Shown piece by piece: positions 38,361 through 52,545 of a DNA stretch of 64,000 nt (position 1 is the first letter of the stretch; every line of letters begins with the position of its first letter). The translations under genes and the position numbers were made by a program. The notes beneath the pieces are model-generated. The model was not told the origin of the DNA. It worked only from the letters and a program-made list of their open reading frames with translations, and did not search any database. The stretch comes from Eledone cirrhosa (taxonomy: Eukaryota), in the NCBI GenBank assembly GCA_964016885.1, contig OZ024763.1, forward strand, positions 21,328,001 through 21,392,000, read 5' to 3'.

Positions 38361-39402
38361 TGTTACTGCAAAGATCTATTGGAGGAATCCCATTTCGGTA
38401 GCTTGTATTTGCGATCTTATTCTTATTATTACTCAGTAATCAAATTTATTTCAATTGTAAGCCATCAAATTATATTATGATTTCTGAATTTATGTAGGAG
38501 CCAACTCAAAAAACATTTATTTAACCGTGAATATAGTAAATATATATAGAATTGTTTATATGCATATAATTTCTCATGTACGTTCGTATGTATGTATATG
38601 TGAATGTATGTATGTATATATGTATGTATGGATGAATGTATGTATATATGTATTCATATATGATATATGTATGTATATATGTATTCATATATGTATATAT
38701 GTATGTATGGATGTATGTATATATGCATTCATATGATATATGTATGTATGCATTCATATATGTATGTATGCATTCATATATGTATGTATGTATGCATTCA
38801 TATATGATATATGTATGTTTGAATGAATGTATATATATATGCATTCATATATGATATATGTTTGTATATATGTATCCATTCATATATGATATATATATGT
38901 ATGTATGAATGAATGTATGTATATATGCATTCATATATGGTATATGTATGTATGCCTGTATATGTGTGAAGCTATCTTGTCAAACGAGCAGAAATCTTAG
39001 AAAGAAAAAAAAAAAGAAGAAATTCTAAATACATCTCCAAATCTCTTTTGCGGTTATTTATCACTTATTCTCATAAATTACAAACAATTGGCAAAGATAA
39101 TTCCATTGTAATGTTTCTTGTTCATTCTATTAGGTATAGTAATTGCAAGCAACAGGTATTTGATAAAGAGAATAAAATATAAAAATAAAATAAAATAAAA
39201 TGAAAAAGAAGAAGAAAAGAAACTATCTTTTATGACATTAATTTTTCAGTACCTTTGTCTAAAAACTTTACAGATACTATATATTAAATTCTTGTATAAT
39301 ACTTTAGATATTATCTTTAAATTTGATGTGTATTGTAACAAACTACTTCATTATTATAAATGAGAGGGGGAAAATCAGGGAGTTATTATTATTATTATTA
39401 TT

Positions 39403-40025
39403 ATGGATTGGCAGTATGGGTAGAAGGTTGGACGCCATGCTTTGAAGCATAGAGTTACCTCCCTGTATGATCTGAGTTCAAATCCCGCCGAGGTTAACTT
39501 TGCCTTTCATCCTTACGGGGTCGATAAAATAAAGTACCAGTAATGCACTGGGTAATTGCTGGCCTTGTGCCAAAAGTAGAAACATTTATTATGGATTGGC
39601 AGTATCGGTAGAAGGTTGGACGCCATGCTTTGGAGTATAGAGTTACCTCCCTTTATGATCTGAGTTCAAGTCCTGCCGAGGTTAACTTTACCTTTCATCC
39701 TTACGGGGCTGATAAAATAAAGTACCAGTCACGCACTGGAGTCGATTTAATTGACTTACCCCTCTCCCAAATTACTGGCCTTGTGCCTATAGTAAAAATC
39801 ATTATTATTATTATTTTCATTTGGTATTTTGGGTGGTGGATTGGCAGTATCGGTAGAGCATCAGAGACTGTGCTTTATGGCATAGAGTTATGGCCTTTAC
39901 ATTCTGAGTTCAAATCCTGCCGAGGTTAACTTTGTCTTTCATCCTTACGGGGTCGTTAAAATAAAGTACCAGTAATACACTGAATAAATTGCTGGCCTTG
40001 TGCCAAAAGTAGAAACAATTATTAT
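39403..40025 (+). mobile_element. Three head-to-tail type B SINEs
   Basis: Same head, domain and tail as the 33002 cluster. Confidence 0.9.
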
Positions 40026-40339
40026 TATTTTATATTTTGTAATTATTCACCTTTAATTTTAGCTGCAACTTGTCTTGCATCTTTCTTGTTCCATATTTTG
40101 TTTTTGTTGAAAATTTACTTTCTTAGTTTGGATTATGTGTTTGGAGAAAATGAGTATTTAGTTGGGATTCTTCTGCTAAATCTAACTAAATACTTTACGA
40201 TGTGGGAAGAATGCAATCCATTTTAAGCTTGTCAAGAGAAGCTAGCAGTGTAATATCTTGAGGAGAAGCATAAATCAAATAGTTCTGGCTTGTCCGATTT
40301 ATGATCGGAAACAAATTAGCTTAGCATCGCTTCTCTATA

Positions 40340-41740
40340 TCTAGCTCTTTCTCTCTCTTGCACCCTCCCTATTTCTCTCTCTTGCTCTCTCTCTCTCTCT
40401 TGCTCTCTCTCTCTTTTTCTCTCTCTCTTTTTCTCTCTCTCTTTTTCTCTCTCTCTCTTTCTCTCTCTCTCTCTTTCTTTCTCTTGCACCCTCCCTATTT
40501 CTCTCTCTTGCTCTCCCTCTCTCTCCTTCTTTCTCTTGCACCCTCCCTATTTCTCTCTCTTTCTCTCTCTCTCTCGCTCTCTCTCCTTTCTCTCCCTCTT
40601 TCTTGCTCTCTCTCCTTTCTCTCCCTCTTTCTTGCTCTCTCTTCTTCTCTCCCTCTTTCTGTCTCCCCCTTTCTCTGACACACATATGCACTCACACAAA
40701 TGATGCATACACACATACACACACTCTCACACACACTCTCACTCACACGCATGCACATATACTCTCACACACAAATACACATATACTCTCACACACAAAT
40801 ACACACACACTCTCATCTCACTCACACACATGCACATATACTCTCACACACTCTCTCACACATTCACACACACGTACACCCATCCACTTACACACACGCA
40901 CATGCACGCACACTCACACACACATACTCACCCCTACACACATTCACATGCACACACACTCACAGATATACATACTCATACATACATGCTCCCATACACT
41001 CACATACACACATATGCATACTCACACACACATACTTATACTCACACACACTCACACATACTTATACTCACACACACTCACACATACTTACACTCACACA
41101 CAATCACACATACTATTGCCATCAATTTTATGTCTTTTTTTTCCACGGTTTTCTTCATGTTTTTACAGTAATTTGTCATCTTCTTCATGTTCAACATCTC
41201 AAGACCATCTCCCTCCCACCCTGGTTACGTCATCTTTGGTCTTCCCCCTCTGCAGCTGCCTTCCACCTGGAACTCTTGGCACCTTTTCTTTTTACCCCTC
41301 TGTGTTCATCTATCTATATACATTACTTGTCCATACCAGCAGAGTCTTCTCTCTTTCTGTTCTGGAGATGAATAAAGGAATAAGCATGTGTGTGAGTGTG
41401 TGAGAGAGAGAGAGAGAGAGAGAGACACAAAGAGAGAGAGATGGGGAGGGGAGGGAGAGAGATATACAAAGAGAGAGAGGGGGGAGAGAAAGAGACAGAG
41501 AGAGTCAGAAAGACACAGAGAGAGAAAGAGACAGAGAGGGAAAGAGACACAGAGACAGAAAGAGGCAGAGAGAGAGAAAGACACAGGGAGAGAGATATAA
41601 AGAGACAGACAGAGACAGAAACAGAGAGAGAGAGAAAGAGACAGAGGGAGAGAAAGACAGAGAGAGAGAAAGACACAGGTAGACAAAGAGACAGAGATAG
41701 AGAAAGACGGAGAGAGAGACAAAAAGACAGAGAGACAAAG
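40340..41740. repeat. (CT)n, (CA)n and (GA)n compound microsatellites around a decayed RTE piece (41170-41370)
   Basis: Seen directly. Confidence 0.85.
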
Positions 41741-41939
41741 TACATCAGATTTTGAGTAAGGAATAGCAAGTCTTCAAATGTGAAATAAAAATGGTTCAAG
41801 ACAAAAATGAACTATCGATGTGTTCTTCCCTAATTGTTTTCATTTCATATTTGAAAAAGGGGTTATACCCCGAAATATGTTGAAATATACTGGGTAAAAC
41901 ATTACTTTGTTTTATTTATCATCTTTTGCTTTTTATATA

Positions 41940-42039
41940 CAGGGTGTCCCAAAAAATGTATACACACTTTGATTACCTGTACAGGCAATATTTATCAGAA
42001 TGCTGTTGAAGTGTGTATACAATTTTTGGGGACAGCCTG
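41940..42039. mobile_element. 100-bp Tc1/mariner MITE
   Basis: TA-CAGGGTGTCCCAAAAAATGTATACACACTT ... AAGTGTGTATACAATTTTTGGGGACAGCCTG-TA. Confidence 0.88.
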
Positions 42040-42749
42040 TATTTCTACCACACTGTACCAATTTTCTGAATAACTTATCAGTAATTTATTATATATTTCA
42101 CACCACTTCATATTAATTATACATATACTACATTAAATATTTCATTTTGAAACACAAATTTCAAGAATTAAATTAAAGATTTTTTTAACAATGCTTAGCT
42201 TTTATTTTAAAAGATTAAATAAACAAAAAATCCCAAACGAGATAAGTTTATAACCAATTAAGATCTAGAAGTGATAATTTAAATATTGACTTAAGGTAAT
42301 TAGAGATAATTCAATTTATGTAGGAGTGCAAGAGATAAGTTCTACTAACCCGAGGTATCTAAATAGATTTTTATCAATTTTTATTGATCTTTTAAGCCAT
42401 TAAAGAAGGTAATACTTCACGTCAAATACTTTCAACAAAAAACTAAATTATTTCAAAAGAAGTTTAAACTATTAATGATTTCTAGTATTGATTATTAGAT
42501 CAATAAATACTTAAGATGTTAATGGTTTGGTTATTTCTTGACCTTTAAGTTAGTTGTTTGATTGGTTGATTGGTCCATTGGTCCATTGATCAATTGGTCC
42601 ATTGATCAATTGGTCCATTGGTTGATTGGTTCATTGGTCCATTGGTTGATCGGTCCATTAATCAATTGGTCCATTGGTGAAATGGTAAATTATTGAAGTT
42701 TTTCTTTCTCAGTCACTGTCTTAAATTATTGTTATAAAGTAGGTAGACA

Positions 42750-43240
42750 CTGACAAGTGGTTGGTGACAGGAAGGGCATCCAACATTAGAAAGGGTTGGG
42801 AGGACCCTTCAGTTGTGTCAAGGACAAGAAAACCTCCCTTGTGTTGGTCATTTACAAGACAAATACATCGGGTACACATTTTATAGTGGTTGGTGTTAGG
42901 AAGGGCATCCAGCTGTAGAAAGGGTTGGATGGACCCTTTAGTTGTGTCAAGGACATGACAGCCTCCCTAGTGTTTGGTGATCTACACGATAAACACACTC
43001 AGTACCTGCTATTAAGTGGTTGGTGATAGAGAGGGCATTCAGCTGTAGAAAGCTTGCCAAAGAAAGGGTTAGGAGGACCCTTCAGTTGTGTCAAGGATAT
43101 GACAATCTCCCTAGTGTTGGTGATCTATAAGATAATTACACCCAGTACACTCTTTATAGTCATTGATGATAGAAAGGACATGCAGTATTAGAAAGCTTGA
43201 TAAACAAAGGGTCATGAGAACCCTTCAGTTGTGCCAAGGA
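42750..43240 (+). repeat. ~130-150-bp tandem repeat (4 units) containing the SINE/RTE tail motif
   Basis: Recurrent AGTGGTTGGTG..AGGAAGGGCATCCAGC...GGACCCTTCAGTTGTGTCAAGGAC. Confidence 0.8.
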
Positions 43241-43642
43241 CAGCACTCTATCCGAAGGTCTAACGATTCCAAAGATCAAGGAACAGTAAAACATAAAGCA
43301 AGGACTTAATTGAATTAGCAACAATAAGATTTAATGTTTTTATGTTAACCCATAACACCTGATGGAATAATTCAGGCTTTATCATGACATAGAGTATGTC
43401 TTGGGCACTTTAAACCTGGTGGAGCCAATCCCTTTTCCAGCACCGAACACAGCTGATTTCCTCCTCCTCTCACTATCTCTACATTCTCCTCCCTCTTCCT
43501 CAAGTCCTCTCTACAATTCCTCCCCCTTCCTCAAATCCTCTCTATAGGTTCTCTCCCACCTCCCACCATCTCTACAGTGACTTATTCCAAGACACTCTCT
43601 CCACACAGAACACCTTACACCAACATCTCTTCAGTTGGAACT

Positions 43643-43702
<60 letters not shown>

Positions 43703-43711
<9 letters not shown>

Positions 43712-44117
43712 TAAAAGGAAAAGAAAATGCTGACAAATTGTTCCCAGTGAAAAATAGTTTAATTAGGAATAAGCAAAAATTAGTAATAGTATTGGTTAGT
43801 ATTCAGTTTTGGTTTTAAGTTTTACCGGTTGCGCATTTCTAACGCTTTTCAAAAATAATTTTGAGATAGAGCGTCCGTGATGTTTGCTCTAATCTGATTA
43901 GAGCAAACATCACGGACGCTCTATCTCAAAATTATTTTTGAAAAGCGTTAGAAATGCGCAACCGGTAAAACTTAAAACCAAAACTGAATACTAACCAATA
44001 CTATTACTAATTTTTGCTTATTCCTAATTAAACTATTTTTCACTGGGAACAATTTGTCAGCATTTTCTTTTCCTTTTACCAATATATCATAACTCGTGTG
44101 TTACACCTCTATTCTTT

Positions 44118-44120
<3 letters not shown>
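43703..44120. mobile_element. 385-bp palindrome (192-bp arms, 1-nt centre at 43895) with a ~33-nt one-sided tail, in (TA)n
   Basis: 43703-43894 is the reverse complement of 43896-44087 with no mismatch seen; tail CATAACTCGTGTGTTACACCTCTATTCTTTTAA. Confidence 0.9.
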
Positions 44121-44152
<32 letters not shown>

Positions 44153-44309
44153 CCTTGCAAGCAGGGAAAAGCTGACGTAAAATGATGATAATGATGATAC
44201 ACATTTTATGTTCAGTGTGTTAACACCTTTAGGCATATACCTATATGTATGTGTGTGTAAGTATGTATGTATACGTACATACATATATGTATACAGACGT
44301 ACAGTAGCA

Positions 44310-44367
<58 letters not shown>

Positions 44368-44516
44368 TATACATACAGGTACACATACATATATGCACGC
44401 ATCAGTTTAGCGGACGATTGCCGCTTTGTTCGTTTGTCAACAAACTGAACAGCCTGAATTTATGCCATATGGTGTTAAGGCAACCACGTCACCTTTTTGT
44501 TCAACACTGACACAGG

Positions 44517-44561
44517 AACGATGTACTAGTTTCAAGCTTGTTAGCTATCATCAGCACCGTT
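44517..44561 (-). ncRNA. Minimal type I hammerhead ribozyme in a ~250-bp insert (44396-44650)
   Basis: AACGGTG-CTGATGA-T-AGC taacaa GCT-T-GAAA-CTAG-TA^CATCGTT; 7-bp stem I, palindromic stem III ACTAGT. Confidence 0.85.
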
Positions 44562-44750
44562 TACCCATCTGCCAGATAGTTGAACGTTCGAAAGTATATA
44601 CTTTCCTTATGAAAATTAACGGTTTCATTTCGTTTTCATTTTTTTCAACCTATGTGTGTGTATATATATAAATATACACATATATATATATATATATACA
44701 CATATATTCAAACATATATATATACACATATATATATATATATATATATG

Positions 44751-44806
<56 letters not shown>

Positions 44807-45146
44807 TAAAGGTGTTGACACACTGAACATAAAATGCTCCAATACCATCAGGCTGAGAAAGTTCCTCACCTTCTTTCCAGTCCACCCTCACCTCTCCGGT
44901 CCCTTCTCAACCCACCACCCTTCCCAATCCTTCCTTTAACTAATTAATGTTAAATGAAAGACTAACTTGTTTATCTCATTTGTTAATCCCACTCTGACTA
45001 TTTCCCTTCTTTGATGTTCCGTAACTTGTCTACAGCTAGACAGAAATAATTAGATAGATATACATGAAATGGGGGATTGTTCAGGTTTTGTTGTTAATTG
45101 TTTTAAGTGAGGCTGGGGTGATATGATATATATATATATGTGTGTA

Positions 45147-45191
<45 letters not shown>

Positions 45192-45331
45192 ATGTATATA
45201 TATATATGGATGTGTGTATATATAAATATATATGTATATATATATATGTTTACGTATATATATATATATATTATATATATATGTATATATATATGTATAT
45301 ATACGTATATATATATATATGTATATATATA

Positions 45332-47096
45332 TCATCATCGTTTAACGTCCATGTTCCACGCTTGCATGGGTTTGGACGGGAGTTTTCCCACTTGAGGCAA
45401 GAGTGGTTGTCTTGCTCGCATAGGACTGTCTGGCGGGTTTTCTACAGCTGGATGCCCTTCCTAACACCAACCACATTTACAGTGTGGGACTGGGAGGTTT
45501 TTACCGTGTTGCCTACACGGCCACATTACAGCGTGGACTGTGTGTTTTTTTTGTCGTGACACCTACACGATCTCATTTGTTTCGGCCTGGATGTTGTGGC
45601 ACCAACATAACTTTACATTGAAAGGGGCGGTGTGGATGGGTTGGGGGTGGTGGGACGGGGGTGTAATTTGTTAGAGATGCCTACTGACTGTAGTAGGTTT
45701 TACTTTGTATTCAGGTAAGGCGGGTCTTCTCTATTACTGAGTACCGCCAAAGATCTCGGTCCAGTGACATTGTCTTGGAGAGGTGTAAGTGTGTGAAGTC
45801 GGAATTTATCAGGTCGTCCCAGATTTTTCTGGGTCTGCCTACTCCGTGGCTACCATCTATCTTTATTGCCCTGCACTTTTTTATACAGCTGTCGTCTTTC
45901 ATGCGCATCACGTGACCATACCAACGTAGCCTTCTCTCGCGTAAACAACATCTGATCCCTCTTATTTTAAATTTTTCCCTTAGTTTGTTTATGCTTTGCC
46001 GTTCGCGTATATTACTATTACACATCCAGCGGAGCATGCAAGCTTCGGTCCTCTCTAGTCTGCGTATATCCTCTGTACACAATTCCCAGGTCTCATTGCC
46101 ATGCAACATTGCTGTTCGTATGCAGGCATCATACAGCCTGCCTTTCATTTTTAGGGAGAACCCTTTAGCGGCTAATAGTGGTATAAGCTCTCTGAACTTT
46201 TTCCATCCAGTTCTGACTCTAGCTACTGTACTTTCAGAGCACCCTCCCCCACTGCTGATTTTGTCACCCAGGTAATGGAAGCTGTCCACTATTTCTATAG
46301 AACCCTCTGCGCAATTGAAAGAGCTAGTATTTTGTGGGCACTTGCTGCTACTTATTGCACCAGAGCACCGGCCACATGTAAAATCTGTGTTCTTAGTTAG
46401 TTTACCTGTGATCCCACTACATCTTTTATGCACCCATACTTTGCATTTGGGACATAAAATGGAGTTTCTACCTACGCCTTTCCTACACACTGAGCACGAC
46501 CATTTCCCAGAAGGGACTGCCGCCTTGTTTTCTTTCCTACAAACTAGAACTTTAGTCTTAGCCAGGTTAATTTTAAGGCCTTTTGATTCTAGGCCGTGCT
46601 TCCATGTTTGGAATTTCTTCTCTAGCTCGGCCATTGATTCAGCTATGAGCGTTAGATCATCTGCGTATAGGAGTTCCCATGGGCAGCCGGTCTTGAACTC
46701 TACTGTTATAGCCTGAAGGGCAATAATAAATAGTAGGGGGCTAATAACAGAGCCCTGATGGACACCAACTTTTACACTAAACTCTTCACTATATTCGTTG
46801 TTAATTCTATCCTTGCTGACTGTTTCTTTATACATGGCTTGTATAGCTCTCACAAGCCATTCGTCAACACCTAGTTTTCTAAGAGCCCACGAGATAATGG
46901 AACGGGGGACTGTGTCGAAGGCTTTCTCCAAGTCGACAAAAGCTAAGTATAGGGGTTTACTTTTAGCTAGGTACTTCTCCTGTAGTTGTTGTACAATGAA
47001 AAGAGCATCTGTGGTACTTTTGCCTGACACAAACCCGAACTGCATTTCATCTAGATCAATTCTCTCTCTGATTAGTTGCACTATTACTTTTTCTGT
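45332..47096 (-). mobile_element. 5'-truncated RTE-clade LINE, copy 2
   Basis: Reverse complement of the copy 1 family with 3'UTR and (GAT)n tail; both ends in (TA)n. Confidence 0.95.
45711..47096 (-). CDS. RTE ORF2 fragment (RT, intact PHD finger, C-terminus)
   Basis: Open frame [10 protein letters not shown]...QFGF...YADD...CSVC..CPKC..H..C..CGRC...RLRWYGH; the track's upstream extension to 47648 is (TA)n read-through. Confidence 0.9.
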   Translation of the reverse strand, partial: TEKVIVQLIRERIDLDEMQFGFVSGKSTTDALFIVQQLQEKYLAKSKPLYLAFVDLEKAFDTVPRSIISWALRKLGVDEWLVRAIQAMYKETVSKDRINNEYSEEFSVKVGVHQGSVISPLLFIIALQAITVEFKTGCPWELLYADDLTLIAESMAELEKKFQTWKHGLESKGLKINLAKTKVLVCRKENKAAVPSGKWSCSVCRKGVGRNSILCPKCKVWVHKRCSGITGKLTKNTDFTCGRCSGAISSSKCPQNTSSFNCAEGSIEIVDSFHYLGDKISSGGGCSESTVARVRTGWKKFRELIPLLAAKGFSLKMKGRLYDACIRTAMLHGNETWELCTEDIRRLERTEACMLRWMCNSNIRERQSINKLREKFKIRGIRCCLRERRLRWYGHVMRMKDDSCIKKCRAIKIDGSHGVGRPRKIWDDLINSDFTHLHLSKTMSLDRDLWRYSVIEKTRLT

Positions 47097-47549
47097 ATAT
47101 ATATATATGTATATATATATACATATATATATATAAATATATATGTATATGGATGTATATATATATATATGTATGTATATGGATGTATATATATATATAT
47201 ATATGTATATGGATGTATATATATATATATATATGTATATGGATGTATATATATATATATGTATGTATATGGATGTATATATATATATATGTATATGGAT
47301 GTATATATATATATATATATATGTATATGGATGTATATATATATGTATATGGATGTATATATATACATATATATATGTATGTATATGGATGTATATATAT
47401 ATGTAAATATATATATATGTATATATATATATAGTTATATATATATGTATATATATATATAGGTATATATATATGTATATATATATATAGGTATATATAT
47501 GTATATATATATATAGGTATATATATGTATATATATATATAGGTATATA

Positions 47550-47607
<58 letters not shown>

Positions 47608-47795
47608 TATATATGTATGTGTGTATATATATATAGATAAATATACACGGGTGTGTATGATTGTGTATAGAAGATTATATTAATAAGAGGAATTCCAACT
47701 TTGTCTGATTTACTCGTTTTATTTACAATCCTTTAAAATTTATAATGGTATTATAATGAAATAGTATGGTAGAATATTAAATGTAAAGTGTTAAT

Positions 47796-47834
47796 TGAAC
47801 AAGTACTTTCATGCTTTCGCAATCTTCAGGTTCA
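47796..47834 (-). ncRNA. Minimal type I hammerhead ribozyme in a ~240-bp insert (47647-47890)
   Basis: TGAAC-CTGAAGA-T-TGC gaaa GCA-T-GAAA-GTAC-TT^GTTCA; GNRA-capped stem II, palindromic stem III AGTACT. Confidence 0.85.
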
Positions 47835-49117
47835 TAATGTGTGGTGACAGTCAAGTTTGCAATTTTCTATACGCACATTCATACATATGAGTATATGTAT
47901 GTATATATATATATATATATAATGTTCATCAAAAGAATTCTAATTAAGTATTTCTAAAATTTTATGTTGGTGCTTTCATCTCTTTCAAACATACAAACAA
48001 ACATACACAAAAACACAATTTCTCTCTCTCACACCCTCTCTTTTTCACCCCCTTTTTATATTTTTGAAATAGCTTGGTCAGTGAAGGGAAAGGAAGTACC
48101 TGTGATGTTTTTTTTGCAGGGTCTCCAAAACTTAAGGAAGAGAGAGAGAGCGAGAGAAAGAAACCTTACACTAGAATCCTTGTTTGAATGTTTGCAACAG
48201 AGTGAACCCCTGTCAACCCTTTAGCATTTAAACCAGCCATACCCGGCCAGAATTCTCTCACCTCTTTCTGTTCAAACTGGCCATAACTGGTCCCTCATAC
48301 CGACTTTAACCTTTTAACATTCACATTACTCTATAAATACTATATTTTCACAGAAAAGGCTTTGCCTCACATAATATTGAATCTATGAGATTTTGATATT
48401 ATTTATTTTGAGAATAATACCTTAACATCAGTATAAGCGGCCAGTTACAACCGGTTTGAACAGAAGGCCAAATAGAAGGCCGAGGCTTGTAGAACATCGG
48501 ACAACATGCTTAACAGCATAGAGTTATGGCTCTTTATGTTTTGAGTTCAAAACCCGCTGAGGTTAGCTTTGCCTTTTGTCCTTAAGGGGTCTATAAAATA
48601 AAGTACCAGTAATGTACTGGAGTCAATTTAATCGACTTTCCTCTCCCACAAAATTGCTGGCCTTGTGCCTATATTGGAAACTATTATTATTATTATTATT
48701 AGTAGTAGTAGTAGTAACCATTATTATTATATTATTATTTATATAGTTGTAGTTTGATTTTTGCTCTTAGTATAATTGACCCTTTTTTCCCTCTCTCCCC
48801 CTCTCTCCCCTCTCCATTGATCAGAAAACCAAGCCCATAACAAGTATATTCGACCTAATCCATATCAATTACAAGGGATTAGATGAAACTGGGATGATAT
48901 ATACAATCTAGTAATGAGTTACATCATGGCTTATAGTAAGAGGACAGCCAGCCAATAGTTAACATATGTCTCTGTCAGAGAGACAACAACTCTGCACTCC
49001 ATTTAAACTTTACAGACTTAGTATTTTATCTGATAAACAAATTTTATATGTTGTACTATATGTTACTACGTATGTTACTATGTATGTTGCTACGTATTCT
49101 ACAGACTTTCATAGCTA

Positions 49118-49148
<31 letters not shown>

Positions 49149-50239
49149 CTGTTTTGCGTCCATTATTCCACGCTAGCATGGGTTAGACCAGTTATCCTGT
49201 TGTGGGCAATACTAGGTCAGGTGACCATGTCTTGCTCATACATACAGAACATAAGTACATGTGTGATTAAAAAGACACCACATGTCTTCATCATCATCAT
49301 CACCATCATCATCGTTTCACGGCCATCTTCCACACTAGCATGGGTCGGGCGGTTTTGTTCCACTTGAGGCGAGATTCGTCAGGAGACCGTGTCTCGCTCA
49401 TACAGAACTGTCCCCGGCAGATTTTCTATGGCTTAATGCCCTTCCTAACACTAACCACATTTACAGTTGGTGTTAGGAATGGCATGTCTTCATTTTTCTT
49501 TAATCAATCGATAAAATCCTAGACCTCTCTTGCTTACCACATTGGTGTGGAATTTGTCAAATCTAACCAATGAAACAATGTTTCCATTGCTGATACTATC
49601 TAATTGCTGATACTATCTACCAGTCACAGCTCCTGGTAGAAAGAGCAACATCAAGTAAAGTGTCTTGTTCAAGGACATAACGCATCACCTGGTCCTGGGA
49701 CTCAGACTCACAACCTCACAATTGTTAATCCAGCTCTCTATCCAGGAAGCCACATGCTAATAATACTATCTACCAGTCGCAACTCCTGGTAGAAAGAGAA
49801 ATAAAGTGTCTTGCTCAAGGACATAACGCATCACCTGGTCTGGGAATCGAACTCACAACCTCACAATTGTGAATCCAATTCTCTAACCAGAGATGCAACT
49901 TAAGTACATGGGGATTAAAACTGCATGTCTTCCTTGTTTCTTGGAGTAAATTTAGAAAATTTAGTGAAGAAAATTGAAAGAATGTATGTAGAAAGAAAAT
50001 TTAGTGTAAATATAGAAAAGAAAAAAAAAACATCATCCAGGTGTTTTTTTCTCAACATCTTTTTTTCTTAAATATGATGTAGGTCAGAAAGAAGGAAATG
50101 TAAAGATTTCAAGAAAGACTCATCATTTATCATCTGGTAGTTTGACATTAGAAACACAACAATCTATGTACTATATCTTCATTATTGTCTTCAACAAACT
50201 AGTAATATTTATATTCTCTGCCATTTTCTTAATGTTTAA

Positions 50240-50664
50240 CCCTTTAGCATTTAAACTGGCCGTATCTGACCAGAATTCTTTCACCTCTTTCTGTTCAAAC
50301 CGGCTGTAACTGGTTACTCATACTTATGTTAAGATATTGTTCTCAAAATAGATAATGCCAAAATCTCATAGATTGTATATTATGTGAGATAAAGCCTTTA
50401 CTGTGAAAATATAATAGTAAATATAGAGTAATGTAAATGGTCAAGGGTTAACCCTTTAGCATTTAAACTGGCCGTATCTGGCTAGAATTCTCTCACCTCT
50501 TTCTGTTCAAACTGGCTGTAACTTGCTACTCATAATGATGTTAATGTATTGTTCTCAAAATAAATAATATCAAAATCTCATAGATTTGATATTATGTGAG
50601 GTAATTATGTAAGATAAAGTCTTTACCACAAAATACAATAGTAAATATAGAGTAATGTAAAGGG
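50240..50664 (+). mobile_element. Tandem pair of piggyBac-like MITEs sharing one TTAA
   Basis: TTAA at 50236, 50448 and 50665; CCCTTTAGCATTTA...AAGGG termini; rearranged relative at 48214-48470. Confidence 0.85.
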
Positions 50665-52182
50665 TTAAAAGAATTTCTGCAAGTATCTAATATAAGATCA
50701 GTATGGTTGATATTAATTTTTAACCTCTATTTTAGGAGAAACTAGGTTAATGTAAAGTGAGAAAGGAACATGGTTTTATGTGTAGGGATAAAGGTTTAAC
50801 TTTCGTAGATTAACTGCTTTTTTAGGGGAAACAAGGTTAAGGTAGAGAGAGAAATTTGTAGGGATAAAGGACTAACTTTACGATTGTGAGCCCAGCATCT
50901 GAACCACTAACCCACAAACACACACCTTTACACACACTTGGAATAGATGTGGACCAGGTACACACACCACAGTGACTCTAGCAGGAAGACGATAGAGAAG
51001 CAAAACACTTTTTTTAAATTTTTCTTAAATGAAAAACTCAGCAACTTTACATTTCACCTAAACCCACCGCTCCATTTCCTTCCATTTACCTCCACTTAAC
51101 TCCACATCCATTCACCTCCCTCTACCTCCTTCCACCTGCCTCTACTTTCCTCCACCTCCTTCTACCTCCCTCTACCTCTGTCCACCCTCCCGGCATCCAT
51201 CCACTCCCTCACAATAGCTCATCTAGCCCATGCTAATATGGAAAAATGGACATTAAATGGTGGTGATGATGATGATGATATATACACAGCAGAAACAATT
51301 CTGATCTGACTTGTCTCACAATAGGATAACTCTTCCAACCCATGCCAGCATGGAAAAATAGACATTAAATGATAATGCTGTTGCTGATGATGATGGTGAT
51401 GATGATAATGATGATAATGATGATGATGATTACTAACCTAAGCCTTCCACTACATATTATTTTTCTATTTTCATCTGGAGTTTTCCTGATATATTTATTT
51501 CCTTGGAATAACATTCCTGCCTGGATTAATCCTTGTTGCTGACCTACAGTCAACAAAACATTAAAACCATTTCTTGGCTTCTACTAGTAGTTTTAAAGAG
51601 GCTTAAGATATTTTATCACTTTAATTGAATTGGGGAGATCCGAGACGGAGGGTGGGTAGGTTATCGAATAAAGTGCAGTGGGGATGAGGTAAAGTGAGGT
51701 GAGGTGGCTGGTATGGTTTGGGTGATCAGATCTTTCAATTGTATTTTTGCTGTTGGAAAAGTATTTAATTTTATCCTGCACTTGAAAGCGAGCCAATTAC
51801 TTCTGTCTGATCGTGTTTTATTGTTGAAATTGTGTTGCTGATTGCATCAAGATTTTTGTCAGATTTCTTCCTTGGATATCGTCATATACTACATAACTTC
51901 TCCAGTATTGTCTCCTTGCAGTTTCATGAATCTTCAAGTTATTGAAGTTACGGTCGTTCTTATTCTATTATTGGAACAGAGCGTTAATATTTTATATACA
52001 TATATAAATATATACATGTATATATACATGTATATATATATGTATATATATATATATCCACACACATTTATAAGTAACATTATCATCACCATCACGATCA
52101 TCATCATTTCATTTTACGTCCGCTTTTCCCTGCTTGCAAGCTCACCGTTTAATGTATACATATATCTATATACATAAATATG

Positions 52183-52233
<51 letters not shown>

Positions 52234-52274
52234 TGTATATATATATATATAAATATGTATATATATATATATAA

Positions 52275-52325
<51 letters not shown>

Positions 52326-52472
52326 TGTATATATATATATATAAATATGTATATATATATATATAAATATGTATATATATAAATATGTATATATATATAT
52401 ATATAAATATGTATATATATATATAAATATGTATATATATATATAAATATGTATATATATATATAAATATGA

Positions 52473-52507
<35 letters not shown>

Positions 52508-52514
52508 AATATGA

Positions 52515-52545
<31 letters not shown>

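Noticed and set aside
47097-47648. N-terminal 180 aa of the 645-aa ORF
   Set aside because: (TA)n tract fused in frame by chance to the truncated RTE
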